Below are positions 23,039-37,448 of a stretch of DNA of 64,000 nt, one piece after another. This DNA is from Ascoidea asiatica JCM 7603 (taxonomy: Eukaryota > Fungi > Ascomycota), in the NCBI GenBank assembly GCA_001600695.1, contig BCKQ01000005.1, positions 921,820 through 985,819 on the forward strand. Reading direction: 5' to 3'. The notes below the pieces were generated by a model that did not search any database, had not been told where the DNA came from, and was given only the letters and a program-made list of their open reading frames with translations. Numbering within the stretch: position 1 is the first letter of the stretch; the number at the start of each line of letters is the position of its first letter. The translations under genes and the position numbers were made by a program.

Positions 23039-23597
23039 TTAACGCTTTCTTCTCATTAATGTACCAATTAAAGTGGCTCCAATTGCAACAGCTCCAGAAA
23101 CCAATGCGATTCCAATTAAGCCTTCTTTGGCGATTCTGTCTTCAACCATGCGTTTCAATGAAAGAGCCTGTCCATTTTCAGGTTCATGGTTGACCAATGC
23201 TTCTGCGTATCTTCTGGAATCTGAATAATCTCCTAATTTATATGTTCCAATGGCCAAATAATATAAACATTCTCTTCTTCTCTGAGGTGACTCCTTGAAC
23301 ACCTCTGTCAATAACTTAACACCTTCTCTTTGATCATCAATTTGATTGGACTTGATTAAACCCCAAGCATAGTTGAATTTGGATTGTATGGAGGCAAGAT
23401 CTCCCTCCGATAAAACTTGCTGGTGTAATATCTCTAGCTGTTCTCGTGATAGAGGACTATAAAAATCAACCGAAAAAAAAAATATTAAAAAAAATAATAA
23501 TTAGTATTTTTAATTGATATAATATCTAAATAGTTTTCTAGAATACATACTTATTAGCGTCCTCTAGTGTTGGTAAATAGTTTATCTTCTCGCCCAT
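23039..23597 (-). CDS. FIS1: Mitochondrial/peroxisomal fission protein Fis1; exon 1 23597-23551, intron 23550-23457, exon 2 23456-23039
   Basis: Spliced product MGEKINYLPTLEDANNPLSREQLEILHQQV...QSKFNYAWGLIKS...RRECLYYLAIG plus C-terminal TM and RRKR. GTATGT/TACTAAT/TAG intron. Confidence 0.94.
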
Positions 23598-24073
23598 TCT
23601 TCAAGTTTATTAATTGCTAGCTATTTTGATATTCATATCTATTTTCAAAGATACAAATAATTACAAATAAATATAGATAAATAATCTCACAACTGCCTCT
23701 AGCGCTGGGTTGATTCTGATTCTATTTCCACTCCCACTTCCATTGCTCTCTGTTTTGCTCTTTCTTTTCCTTTTCCTTTTCTCTTTTTTTCTCCGATCCT
23801 CGACATCCGCCTCCGAAATCTCCTTCCGTGATGATTCGTCGCCACCGGTTCATGTCTTCATTTTTTTTTCCGCCTGTTTTCCTTTTTAAATTTCGTCTAT
23901 TAAATTTTTTGTCCATAACCGTTGAATTTTAATGAAAAATTTCAATTGCCTTTATTATTAACTTACACAATTATTGAATATCAATATTAATATGAAATTT
24001 AATATTCAATTATGTTCAATATTCGATAGAATTATTATTCAACAATTGAATAATATATAATATCTAAACTATA

Positions 24074-25144
24074 ATGATGTTTAAAAGTTTATCTTACATA
24101 TCTAGAAATTCACATTCATATTCATATTTAAATCTTTGGAATCATAATATAAACTTATTTTCAATACCCGTTAGATTGTTTTCTAATTCTATAATTTATA
24201 ATAACCAAGTCAAATCTATAATAAAAGATCGTAATATCAAAGATAAAGATATTTCCAAAGATAGTAAGAAAAATATTGATAATGATATAATAACAAAGAA
24301 AAAAAAAAAATCTTGGAATTTACCAAATTTTGATCTATCAAGTAATACTCTTAAAGAATTTAAAAATCAGACTGATTTAAGTTTTAACAATAGTGAAAAT
24401 ATTGATAGTGATTATAATACCAAAATAAACAATAATATTGCGAAAAATAGCATAAATAAACATAATAATAATAACGATCATGATACTGATTTATCTCTGA
24501 AATCTAGTGGGAAAAAACCATATAAAATAAAAAATAAATTTTCAATAATAAATAAAGTCTCAATGAATAAAACTCAAAACATTAATGATAATGATAGTAA
24601 TGATAATAATAAAATTTATGAAAATGATGAAAATGAAATTGATAAAAATAATATAGAAAATGATCCATTTTCAATGGATGGTCATAAATTAAAACAATTT
24701 TATAAAAATCCAGATATACCAGAATGGAAAAAATTAAAATTTTCTTTAAAATTAAAATTTAATAATCAAAATTGGAACCCAAAAAAAAAATTATCAAGAG
24801 ATCAAATGAATGATGTGAAATATTTCAAAAAAATGGCTCCTCATATTAAAAATAATCAATTATCTGAAATTTTCAAAATTTCTCCGGAAGCAATAAGAAG
24901 AATTTTAAAATCAAATTGGGTTCCAGATTTGAATGAAGAAGAAAAAATTAATAAAAGATGGTTAAAAAGAGGTGAAAATTTAAAAATTATCTTAAATGAA
25001 AAAAGAAAATTGGAAAGTTTAAAATTAAAACAAAATAATAATCTTAATAACAAAACTGATTTAAGTAAAATAATATTCAATAATCGAGACAAAAAAAAGA
25101 AAAAATCAAAAAATACTCAAAATTTAATTAATCTTGAATTATAA
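24074..25144 (+). CDS. RRG9: Mitochondrial Rrg9/neugrin-family protein
   Basis: WNPKKKLSR...FKISPEAIRRILKSNWVP neugrin signature; presequence-like N-terminus; Puf3 site in the 3' UTR. Confidence 0.85.
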   Translation: MMFKSLSYISRNSHSYSYLNLWNHNINLFSIPVRLFSNSIIYNNQVKSIIKDRNIKDKDISKDSKKNIDNDIITKKKKKSWNLPNFDLSSNTLKEFKNQTDLSFNNSENIDSDYNTKINNNIAKNSINKHNNNNDHDTDLSLKSSGKKPYKIKNKFSIINKVSMNKTQNINDNDSNDNNKIYENDENEIDKNNIENDPFSMDGHKLKQFYKNPDIPEWKKLKFSLKLKFNNQNWNPKKKLSRDQMNDVKYFKKMAPHIKNNQLSEIFKISPEAIRRILKSNWVPDLNEEEKINKRWLKRGENLKIILNEKRKLESLKLKQNNNLNNKTDLSKIIFNNRDKKKKKSKNTQNLINLEL

Positions 25145-25482
25145 TATTAATTACCATATTTGCATTCCCTGTATATAGTTTTTGTACTTTAAAATAAAAT
25201 ATAATAAAACAAGAAATAGACTTTTTTTATATTTATTGTGATAATTTTTCTCATCGATTCCTCCCATAACTTAAAGCCAGTTTTTACTTTTTGAAAGAAA
25301 TATTAGAAACATAATTTGCAAGTAAAGCTAAGTTACAATATATTCTGAAAGTCCTACAATTGTTTACAATTTTTTTTTTGAAAAATAATTCTTTATTCAT
25401 TAAAGGTAAGAAAAATGTTACAGATAATCATTAAAACTGAGATGCAATATATAGAAAGAAAAAAGAAAGAGTTTCATTTAAT

Positions 25483-26505
<1,023 letters not shown>

Positions 26506-27381
26506 TTAAATTGATTGATTAAATTAAATTAGATTAGATAAAAGTTAAATTATATGAACTTTGATTAATTGAATTATATATATATATTTAGATATTTATA
26601 AAATTCAGATTATTATTTTGATGATGATGAAGAAAATAAAAGAAAAGTAAACTGAAATAAAACAGTGGGTTTATATCTTTATATATAAACAAAATGGAAT
26701 ATTGAAATTTGAATATTCATTTTGAAATATTTCAGTTTTAATATTTGTTCAATACTGTATTTCAATCAATTGTTTGAATAATTGTTTAATAAATTTATGT
26801 TCCTCATCAGATATAATTTCCTAAGAACATATTAAAAAATATAACGAAGTGTTCAATCTCCTGGGGACCACTGTCAACAGTCTTTCCACTTAGCGGTGTC
26901 AAATCTGCAGTGTTAACAGCCCACCACCATGAAAATTATTAGAAAAAAAAGTCTAAAAAGGTCTAAAAAGCGCATAACTTTTTGTTTTGTGACGTTGAGT
27001 AACGTGCTGATCAACTGTCAACCAGCAATAAAAAATTTAACACTACCAAATTTAGTTATTCAAGACTATTGAGTAAGTAATTTAGATTGAGCTAATTGAT
27101 ACTGATCAATGATATTAGTTGGTTGTCTAAACTAAATTTCAAAAGATATGAGCAACTAGGAAAGTTTTCTAGAAAAAATTACAAGAATTTTCAAACTTGT
27201 TTCTGGATGTTTCATTTCAATGAATTGAAAACTACAAGAAGCTAATTGTATAACAATCAATTTTAAAGAGACATATAAGTTAAAAAAAACTGTAAAACTA
27301 TTAAAAGAAATGGAATGAGATGAAGAATAAATAATCAAAAAAGAAAAGCAAAAAGCAAAAAAAGATAAAGATATTGTAATG

Positions 27382-27996
27382 TTACATAATTATACAACAG
27401 GAGTTCATTTTTTTAGATTTTTCAAATATTAAACGAGAAGATATACTTAGCTCATTAGATTTTTCAGTTAAGGATTTTAAATTTTCATTTCTTTCAAGCA
27501 ATTGTTCAAAAGTTTTAGTTACAATTTTTTTTGTTTCTTCTAACTCTTGTTGAACTTTCATTATAGAATCAAATTGACTTGGATCTTGATAATTTTTTAA
27601 ATAATCATTTAAATTTTCAAATTTTAATACATCACTAACATCACTTGAATTTGAAATATTTTTCCATTGTATTGGAGGATGAGCTATTAAATATTCATCT
27701 AAAATTTTATTTAATAATGTATATGCAGGACGTATTGGATATTCTTTATCACTTATTATTACAGCTGCCAAACCTTCAGTTCTTAAATAAACATGACCAA
27801 TATAATTTTCTTTTTCGACTGATTGTCTTTGTCCAGGAGAAGTTATCGATGTTACAAAGTTAGCTAAAAATGTCATCAATTCACCAACAATAGATTTTTC
27901 AAAGTAACCAAACTGGGATAAATCTTTCACAGTTGATAATTCAACTGAGCTTTTACCAGAAATTGGCTTTAAAATTCCCATATAATAAATCTTCAT
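27382..27996 (-). CDS. YKT6: Longin R-SNARE Ykt6 (divergent)
   Basis: Longin domain (DLSQFG, GQRQS, DKEYPIRPAYTLLNK), YQDP, KVQQEL, and the C-terminal CCIIM prenylation motif. Confidence 0.9.
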   Translation of the reverse strand: MKIYYMGILKPISGKSSVELSTVKDLSQFGYFEKSIVGELMTFLANFVTSITSPGQRQSVEKENYIGHVYLRTEGLAAVIISDKEYPIRPAYTLLNKILDEYLIAHPPIQWKNISNSSDVSDVLKFENLNDYLKNYQDPSQFDSIMKVQQELEETKKIVTKTFEQLLERNENLKSLTEKSNELSISSRLIFEKSKKMNSCCIIM

Positions 27997-28886
27997 ATTG
28001 TTATCTATACGTGTGACAAAAGATATATTTATTCAAATTTTGATCAAAACCTTTTTATATTCAGTAGCATTCAAAATCTATGAAAGATAAAAAAAATTCA
28101 TTTCAAGAGAATATATCAAGAGAAAATACACTCCAATTTATATAATTAACTTGAAACTTCGAAAAGTTTTTTTTACAATTAAGTACATTTTATCTCCTTT
28201 GATTGATATCAAATTCTCAATTGCATTTTAATTTATGGATCTATTCATTTTTTGACAAATAATTGGCCTCAGCAATTTACCATTAAATAAAGAGGTTTGA
28301 GTCCTGGACAATGGGGAAAAAGCCTATTAATCTTTAGCGATCATAGAAACAGAAGTACTGTAGCACCGAACAATTGAAGTTGTTCGTTAACAAGGTCCAT
28401 CAGAACACAGCCCTTCTAGAGCATATCCTTACATGTATGTCCTAAAACCAAGCCACATTTCCTGGCACATCAGCAAAATATTAAGACAGAAGTAATTTAC
28501 AGCACCACAAAACATCCGGTCATTATTTTTATAATTAATCTTTCGGAATGATCAACTTCCGGGATTAAGTATTTCGAAAATTTTCTTGTAGTCTGTGACC
28601 CCAAAAATTCATAAAAAGAGGTCTGAAAATTAACAAGGTATTCTAGAAATTATTGTGGAGTCCATGAATTGTGTGGAATTATGAAAGAATATTTACCTTA
28701 CGTAACTGTCAAAGCAACAACTCCTATTTTTCAAGATTTAATATTTAATATTTTATCCTCAATTGATTTTAAAACGTTCATTTGTTTTTATTATTTATTA
28801 TATTAATCATACTGATTATATTCCCCAATTAACCATTTTATTGCCTATAAGTTAGCTGCTAGACATTTTTCACAATATTTTTCAAG

Positions 28887-30770
28887 ATGAATATCGTGAA
28901 GCTACAAAGAAAATTCCCTGTTCTTACTCAAGAAGATTTGTTTGATGTTATTGATAAATTTAGAAGAATTGATTTAGATGATAAGGGATATGTTGAAAAA
29001 CAGCAAGTAATTGAATCCGTTTCTAAATCTGGTGAAGGTTCTTATGATGACGTTCGTCAAACTTTGAAACAAGTCTCTGTTGACGCGTCTGGAAGAGTTG
29101 AATTAGATGATTTTGTTGAATTACATGCAAAACTAAGAGAAGCAAAATCAACACCTCAAGCCCAAAAAAGATTAAGTGGTGGAATAACTCATAAAGGAAG
29201 AGGTGCAAATGCTAAAATAGTTGTATCTAGTTCATCTGGTGCTTCTCATACTATCAATGAAGAAGAAAGAAGAGAATTTACAAAACATATTAATAGTGTA
29301 TTAGCAGGCGATTCTGATATAGGAGCTAGATTACCTTTTCCAACTGATACTTTCCAAATTTTCGATGAGTGTAAAGATGGTTTAGTATTATCAAAATTGA
29401 TTAATGATTCAGTACCTGATACAATTGATACTAGAGTATTAAATTTACCTAAAAAAAATAGAAAATTGAATAATTTTACAATGAATGAAAATGCAAATAT
29501 TGTTATAAATTCTGCCAAAGCTATTGGTTGCATTGTTGTTAATGTTCATTCAGAAGATATAGTCGAGGGTAAAGAACATTTGATTCTTGGTTTAATTTGG
29601 CAAATTATTAGAAGAGGTTTATTGAGTAAAATTGATATAAAATTACATCCAGAATTATATCGTTTATTAGAAGATGATGAAACTTTAGAACAATTTTTAA
29701 GATTAGCCCCTGAAAAAATATTATTAAGATGGTTCAATTATCATTTAAAAGCTGCAAAATGGCATAGAACTGTTTCTAATTTTTCAAAAGATGTTTCTGA
29801 TGGTGAAAATTACACTGTTTTAATGCATCAATTAAATCCTCAATTATGTTCTTTAGCTCCTTTACAAACTCAAGATTTATTAACAAGGGCCGAACAAATT
29901 TTAGATAATGCTGAAAAATTAGAATGTAGAAAATATTTAACACCAACTTCGTTAGTTGCTGGTAATCCTAAATTAAATTTAGCATTTGTTGCTCATTTAT
30001 TTAATACATGGCCAGGTTTAGATGAATTAGAAGAAGAAGAAAAGCCTGAAATAGAGGAATTTGATGCTGAAGGTGAAAGAGAAGCTAGAGTTTTCACTTT
30101 ATGGCTTAATTCTTTAGACGTCTCAACTCCAGTTGTTTCATTATTCGAAGATTTGAAAGATGGTACAATTTTATTAGAAGCATATGATAAAGTTATGCCA
30201 GGATCAGTTGATGCAAGATATGTTAATAAAAAACCTGCCAATAGAGAGCTTTCGAGATTTAAAGCTTTAGAAAATAATAATTATGGTGTTGAAATTGGTA
30301 AAGCAAATCATTTTTCTTTAGTTGGAATTGATGGTTCTGATATTGTCGATGGTAACAAACTTTTAACTTTAGGTTTAGTTTGGCAATTAATGAGGCGTAA
30401 TGTTATTATAACATTATCACAATTATCCAAAAACGGTAAAGAATTATCTGATTATGATATATTAAGATGGGCAAATGAAATGGTTAAAAAAGGTGGTAAA
30501 CATACAACTGTCAGGTCTTTCAAAGATTCTTCTTTATCAACTGGTGTTTTCTTATTAGATATATTAAATGGTATAAAACCTGGGTATGTTGATTATGATT
30601 TAGTTACATCAGGAAGAACTGAGGAAGAAAGATATGCCAATGCAAGACTTGCTATTTCAATCGCAAGGAAATTAGGAGCATTGATTTGGTTAGTTCCAGA
30701 AGATATTAATGAAGTTCGTTCAAGACTTATATTGACATTTGTAGGTTCTTTGATGTCCTTAAATGTTTGA
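28887..30770 (+). CDS. SAC6: Fimbrin (actin-bundling protein)
   Basis: MNIVKLQRKFP, EF-hand head and four CH domains (LILGLIWQIIR, SIARKLGALIWLVPED). Confidence 0.98.
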   Translation: MNIVKLQRKFPVLTQEDLFDVIDKFRRIDLDDKGYVEKQQVIESVSKSGEGSYDDVRQTLKQVSVDASGRVELDDFVELHAKLREAKSTPQAQKRLSGGITHKGRGANAKIVVSSSSGASHTINEEERREFTKHINSVLAGDSDIGARLPFPTDTFQIFDECKDGLVLSKLINDSVPDTIDTRVLNLPKKNRKLNNFTMNENANIVINSAKAIGCIVVNVHSEDIVEGKEHLILGLIWQIIRRGLLSKIDIKLHPELYRLLEDDETLEQFLRLAPEKILLRWFNYHLKAAKWHRTVSNFSKDVSDGENYTVLMHQLNPQLCSLAPLQTQDLLTRAEQILDNAEKLECRKYLTPTSLVAGNPKLNLAFVAHLFNTWPGLDELEEEEKPEIEEFDAEGEREARVFTLWLNSLDVSTPVVSLFEDLKDGTILLEAYDKVMPGSVDARYVNKKPANRELSRFKALENNNYGVEIGKANHFSLVGIDGSDIVDGNKLLTLGLVWQLMRRNVIITLSQLSKNGKELSDYDILRWANEMVKKGGKHTTVRSFKDSSLSTGVFLLDILNGIKPGYVDYDLVTSGRTEEERYANARLAISIARKLGALIWLVPEDINEVRSRLILTFVGSLMSLNV

Positions 30771-31244
30771 TCTATTTGGGTGATCAACATTTTTTTCTTT
30801 CTTTGCAGTATAAACTTTTATATATCTGTGCTCTTCTTTTTATTCTTCTATATACTATATATCAATATTATGTATCAATGTCAATTCTTGGCCAATAAAA
30901 TCAGTAACAAAAGGAAATAAAATATAGATTTTTTAGAAATTGAATAAGTTGTTATGTATTTTGTGAGTTTTTGAGAAATATTTTTTTTTTCGCGTTATTC
31001 TCAAACCAACTCATTTTCGTGTTTAATATTTTAAAGCACGTGATACCGATATTCTGTTTAAGAATTTGGACTTAATTTTATGTATCGATGCAAACCTTTT
31101 TTTGTGATTTGAAAATAATTTTTGTCTCATAAATGACTACTGTTTAGATTATTTATTAGTAGAATCATAGATATAAAATAGTTTTATTTAATCTTTTTTA
31201 GATAATTAAAAGCTTTTCTTTATGAAATATAATGCAAACATATT

Positions 31245-34200
31245 ATGCCTTCGAACAATAATGTTAACGAATATAAAAGTGCAAAACCAGCTGCGAAACT
31301 TCAAGCCCAATCCCAATTATCTCTTGTAAACCTAAATGCTGCTGAAATTCCAGATGATTTAAGAGACTTATTTGATTCCATTAATCAATCTCATAAAAAT
31401 CCTAACAGTGATTTAATTCAAGAACGGGCAATTCAACTATGCTTTGATTATCTAGTAAAGTTGCCGCCTGAAAGGCATATGTTTTGTGATCCTTTGGTTT
31501 ATCCAGCTGGAATTCATAATTTAGTTTTATTTTCATTCCCAGACACACCAGCATTATCATGGTATCAATCTAGGATTTCTCCATGTTTAGATTCTTGCCA
31601 AAAGTGTATATTGAAATTTCATCAAGGAGTGTCAAAATTGAGACAAATCTTTTTTGTTCAAAGAGGAGTTTCATTTGATTCTGTTCAAGCTTTTGTCAAT
31701 TGTATTTATATATGGGAGGGATCAAGACTACAATCTTTTTTGTCTAAAATCCCTTTAAATGACTTACAAAGCAGCCTAAATCAAAAGGTATTGTTGGCTA
31801 TAACTGAATGCTTATGCGGACCTGAAGTTCTTCGACTCAATTCATCTTTAAAAGAAAGTTTTTCTAAAATATTTGATTTCATGATATCATTCAAAGTTAA
31901 TATTAAAACAAGTGACAAGAAACTTTTTCCTGGAATTATTTTTTTATTATTCGATGGGAACTTATTACAAAGAAATTGGGCTCTCGAAGTTTTGTCAACA
32001 TTTTCAAGAAAAAAGAAAAATTTAATTCAATCAAAGTACATTGATTACTCTATACTTCAAGAGTATTCCGTTCATCTTTATAAAATTCAAGATCCAGCTT
32101 TTTATAATGATAAGACAAGTTCCAACTTCTGGAGAAACATCGTGCCTTTATTGAGTGCTTGTGACGAGGAAGCTATAGATAAAAAATTTATGATTCCTCC
32201 TGAATTGACTGCTATTACTTTACCCTTTAATTTTAAAGTCGTTTCCATAATAGAAGTTTTAATAAATCATATAATGTCTTATCAACAGATCCCCCTTCCT
32301 TTTATTCTTCGGGCTTTCAATTTATTTCTTCAGAAATTTGGATCAAATTTTTGGAATATGACTTCTTCATTAACTTTTTCAAATTTTTTAGATACAATTT
32401 TCGGGAATCCATATTATATTAAATTACTTGAGACAATAGAATTGAATGACTCAAATGTCCATCAAAATAGAGAGGATCTAGAAGCTAATATAAATGATCT
32501 AATAAACTGGATTCCTTCGTTGTATAAGTCGTTAAATAAGTCACAATCTATGCAACAACAATCAGGTTTGAAGATCAGTACTCTTATTTTTGAGCTTCCT
32601 CAAAGAACAGCTCTTAATAGTGGAAGCCCTATATTGAAATTACTAATATCGTATGTATCCGATTTATTATCCAAAAATTTATCAATTTCCTCATGCTTAT
32701 TTGATTCAAATTTCACAACCGATATAATATTCAGAACAGAGTCCAGAAAGTTGGTTGACTCAAAGTTTTCAAATTTTATAAACAAGAGCGTAGGTATAAA
32801 CTCCATAGAGGTAATGAAGTTAATTTCGACCTGTATTCGATTTGACGTATCCTCCTTAGCTCAGTCTAGTTATAATTTATCATATGGGGGAGACCATTTA
32901 TCAATTTCTGGCTTTGAAAATTTATGGAATTCTTTGAATGACTCAATTTTAGACTTTAATACCAATCTGGCTTTATTGGCTATTGAAATTCTTCAATCAT
33001 TAGATGCCTTTTCTGGAATTATTAATATAGGTGGTGATTCTACAAATGATAAGCAAAAAGAATCTTCCAATATCAATGATCATAACCATCAGTGCCAAAT
33101 TATGTTTAAATTAGCAGAAAAATTATTTAAGAATTTTGCTGAATTTGATCAGGATGATTTGAGAAAAATTCTAATGGATAAAAATGCTTTACAAGGTTTG
33201 TGGTCTTGTATGTTATCATCAAACAAAAGTGTTTACCAAGCTACAGTAAGTGTTTTATATGAAGCTTATGATGTAGAAGGTAGATACGAAGGAATTCAAT
33301 TATTATTAAAAAATAATTTACCCGGAGGATTAGGCGCTGTCAATAGAAACTTGCAGCATTTGATGAATTTGAGATTTTTTGATCCTATACCCAGAACCGT
33401 AAGGGTTATAATGGATGTGGTTAATTCTTTAACAGATTCACATTCTGGTATTCTTCTATCATTTGAGGACTCTGAGACGCTTACTTTACTTGGGAGTTGC
33501 GAAGATGTAAAAGGTTTTTGGAATAAAAGTTGGCATTTTTTGGACTTTATTTATAAAGAAACTCTAGTATGGGCTCAGCAATATTCTAAGAGTGATCAAT
33601 TAGTCGACTTTACCAGAGATTCATTAGATCTCAGTCATTCTCTTTTAAATTCATTCAAACTATTCTGCTCTTTTCTTTGTAAAAAACAGGAAAAAAAAGG
33701 CCTTCAAAAAGAGCTATTTCAAGAATTAATCAACACATTTCGCCATATGATGGTTTGGTTGAGATTAAGTGATGTTGCTCTTCTCTCTTCTTGTGTAAAT
33801 TTGATTTTACAAACTCTTGCCTTAGCTAAAGAGCTATCTCTAACATTAGACGATGGTGTACTTATTCTATTAGTTAATTATTGTATTAAGGCTAAAAAGT
33901 TTAACAACAAGTTGACTTCGGAACAGTCCTTAAATATACTCTCAAGAGCTAGATGGTTTAACAACTCATTAGTTGAAAAGATTACAGCCGAATCTGAAGA
34001 ACAGCAAAAGAAGATATCTAAGCCCAAGCCAGTGATGGAAATAATAGATCTTGATGTAACAGTACCTAATGAACGAATTATTCAGAAATCTAAAAAATCA
34101 ACTCAATCTAATATAACTTCATTTGGTACTCTCTCAAAGGATGCTCCAAAGGTAAATGTTTCTACAAAACCAGTATCGCGATTCAGTAAACTCAAGGCTG

Positions 34201-37200
34201 AGTTGTCAAGCACACGAAAGAGAGCTACAGAAGAAAAGAAAGTTCCTAAAACAATTGATTCTCCTATGTTTAGTTCAAATGATAACTTCTACAAAGAAGA
34301 TGATACAGTTTATGAATCTGAAGATGATAGTGGTAAAAACCTTTTCACAAATGATAAAAAAAAAACAAGAATAAAAGATCTCCGTTTGAAAAGTACTAAC
34401 AGCTTACAGAAAAATGGTGCTTCCCGAATTCAATCAGCTAAAATTTCTGAACAAAAGAGAGAGAAAGAATATATGCGAAAAAGATTGAGCGTGAATATGA
34501 ATCCATTGTATAATAAGCTATTGAGATGGAACTTTTCCAATAACGACAGCTTTCCAGAAGGTGAAAATTCGAAGTACACTCAAGTCAAAGACTCGTTCTC
34601 ATCAGTAGATGAATATGTTGAGGTATTCGAACCTTTATTACTTTTAGAATGCTGGCAATCAATTGTGCAATCCAAGCAAGTTTCTCAAGAAAAACCTTTT
34701 CCTATTGTAATTGCTAGTAGAACATCCATTGATGATTTTTTTGATATTTTTGCTTCTGTTAAAAAATCCATCATTCAAGATATCAAATTAGGCGAATCAG
34801 ATTTAATTGTCCTTTCCTACTTAGGTGATTCAATGGCCATAAAGCCTGGTTCTAAGCCTTCTGCTGACGATGTTAAATCAAGTAATTTTAACTGCTTGGC
34901 TAAAGTTAGAGAGATCAAAAACGCTGGGAGAGATTATTGTGACATAATATTACGAGTTAGCTCGTACTCAAACTTTAATCATTTCTTAACTCCAAAAGTT
35001 GAGTTGACAGGACTTAAGATAATGCAAATGGTAACAATAGAGAGAGAGTATTCTTCTCTTATAGGATTAAGATGGTATGATCTCAAAGATTCCATAATTA
35101 AGGCAAAGCCAACTAATCCTCCTGTGTTTGAGGATTTTAAAATTTCACAAATGAAGAAATTTTTCAATGTAAATGAATCACAAGCTAAGGCGATAATGGG
35201 CTCTGTTCATTCCGAAGGGTTTTCACTCGTTCAAGGTCCCCCCGGTACAGGTAAAACAAAAACAATTTTAGGAATAATAGGTTACGTGCTAACGGTAAAA
35301 GAAACCAAAGCCGGCTCTTTTGCTGCCCCAGCTGAAAAACCTAAGAAAGTTTTAAAAAGAAAAAAAAAGAAAATATTGGTTTGTGCTCCCAGTAATGCTG
35401 CTGTAGATGAGCTTGTTCTCAGATTACGAAATAGTATTGTGGATTCCGAGGGGAAAGAGTTTTCCCCAAAAGTTGTTCGTTTAGGAAAGTCTGATGCAAT
35501 AAATGCAGCAGTAAGAGATTTAACCTTAGAAGAGCAAGTAGAAGCAAAGTTAGCTAAAAGAGGTGATCTTAGAGAGTCTACTACCTCAACTACTGAACTT
35601 CGAGCCCAACATACACAATGTGTAATTGAAAGAGATTCTTTAAAAGAATTAATCCGTTTGGAGCCTGACCAAGCAAAAAAATCTGAAATTAGAAAAAAAT
35701 TAAAGGCCGTCATCAATCAAAAAAATGACTTGGGAGAAAAACTAGATGAAAATAGGCAAGCAAACTCAATCAAATACCGAAATCGTGAAATTGAAAGGAA
35801 TCAAATCCAAGAAACGATCCTTAATGATGCAGAAATTATATGCTCTACTCTTTCTGGATCGGCTCATGATTTTCTACAGAAAATGTCTATGAAATTTGAA
35901 ACAGTTGTTATTGATGAGGCTTGTCAATGTACTGAATTATCGAGTATCATTCCTTTGCGTTATGGATGTAAGAAGTGTATAATGGTTGGTGATCCGAATC
36001 AATTACCACCTACTGTTCTTTCCCAAGCAGCAGCCTCTTTTTCTTACGAGCAAAGTTTATTTGTGCGAATGCAAAAGAATCATGAAAAATCTGTTTTTCT
36101 TCTTGATGTTCAATATCGTATGCATCCAGCTATTTCTGCATTTCCAAGTGCTCAATTTTATCAGAAAAAACTACTTGATGGACCCAATATGGCTGAATTG
36201 AATAAAAGGAAATGGCATGATATGTTCCCATTAGCACCATATCAGTTTTTTAACACTAGTGGTAGACAAGAACAAAGCTCTAGGTCACGTTCATTTTTTA
36301 ACAATACAGAAGCCAAAATTGCTCTTGAATTAGTTGAATTTCTTGAAAAGAAAATGCCAGATCTCGGTGGTAAAATAGGTATAATTTCTCCTTATAAAGA
36401 GCAGGTAAGAACTTTAAGGAATACTTTTATAAGGCGATATGGATCAACTATTTTAAAAGAAATAGACTTCAACACTATAGATGGGTTCCAAGGTCAGGAA
36501 AAAGATATTATTATTATTTCTTGTGTTAGAGCCACAGGTTCTGGTGTTGGTTTTTTAGCGGATGTAAGACGTATGAACGTTGGGTTAACAAGAGCCAGAT
36601 CTTCTCTTTGGATTCTTGGAAATAAAAATGCTTTAGTTCAAAATCATGTTTGGCGAAGCTTGATAACCGATGCAGAAAACAGAAATTGCTTAATAAATGC
36701 TCTGCCTGGATTTTTGAAAGATGGTAAGTTGAAGTCGGAAAATCAACAAGCTTCTACAAAGCCATATGGATTAATTAATGAAAATGTAAATAAAAAGAGA
36801 AAGCATTCATCTAAAAATAAAAGCAAACAACGAAAGAAGGCCAAACTAAATGACAAGGCTTCTAATTCAGGTACCTTTAATCCTCCAAAAGGCCCCAAAG
36901 ATAAAAGCCTGACAAGAGCTAAAAAGAATTCCAAGCCATTTAATCCTCCAACCCAGCCTAGATCGCATTCCCCAACACATTTATCAAATATAAAGAAAAA
37001 CAGTAACGATTCAGAAAGAAAAAAGAAGGTTGAAATTAATTACAGTGGTGCAAATAATGAACCAAAATTAAGCCCTTCTTTGACTAATAATCAACTGATA
37101 AAGAATCCAGAAAAGAACTCAACAGACTCTATAAAGGATACTAAGATTAAGAAACCTTTTATCAATGCTCTTCCTAAAATCAGCTTCAGTGCGGCTGGTC

Positions 37201-37370
37201 CTAGTGCTAGTAATAAGGCTAATAATAATAATAATTTGCCAAGTACATTTCGTATTGCGAATACTGGAGACAACTACATTCCATCCCCTGAAAGGTCTGG
37301 AAGATTAAGTTCTCCTTCACCACCATTTTCTCTGACTGATAACAATGATTCCCGAAATATTAGTACTAGC

Positions 37371-37448
<78 letters not shown>

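Noticed and set aside
27140-27335. Short ORF-like stretch between GAPDH and YKT6
   Set aside because: No consistent frame or recognisable motif.
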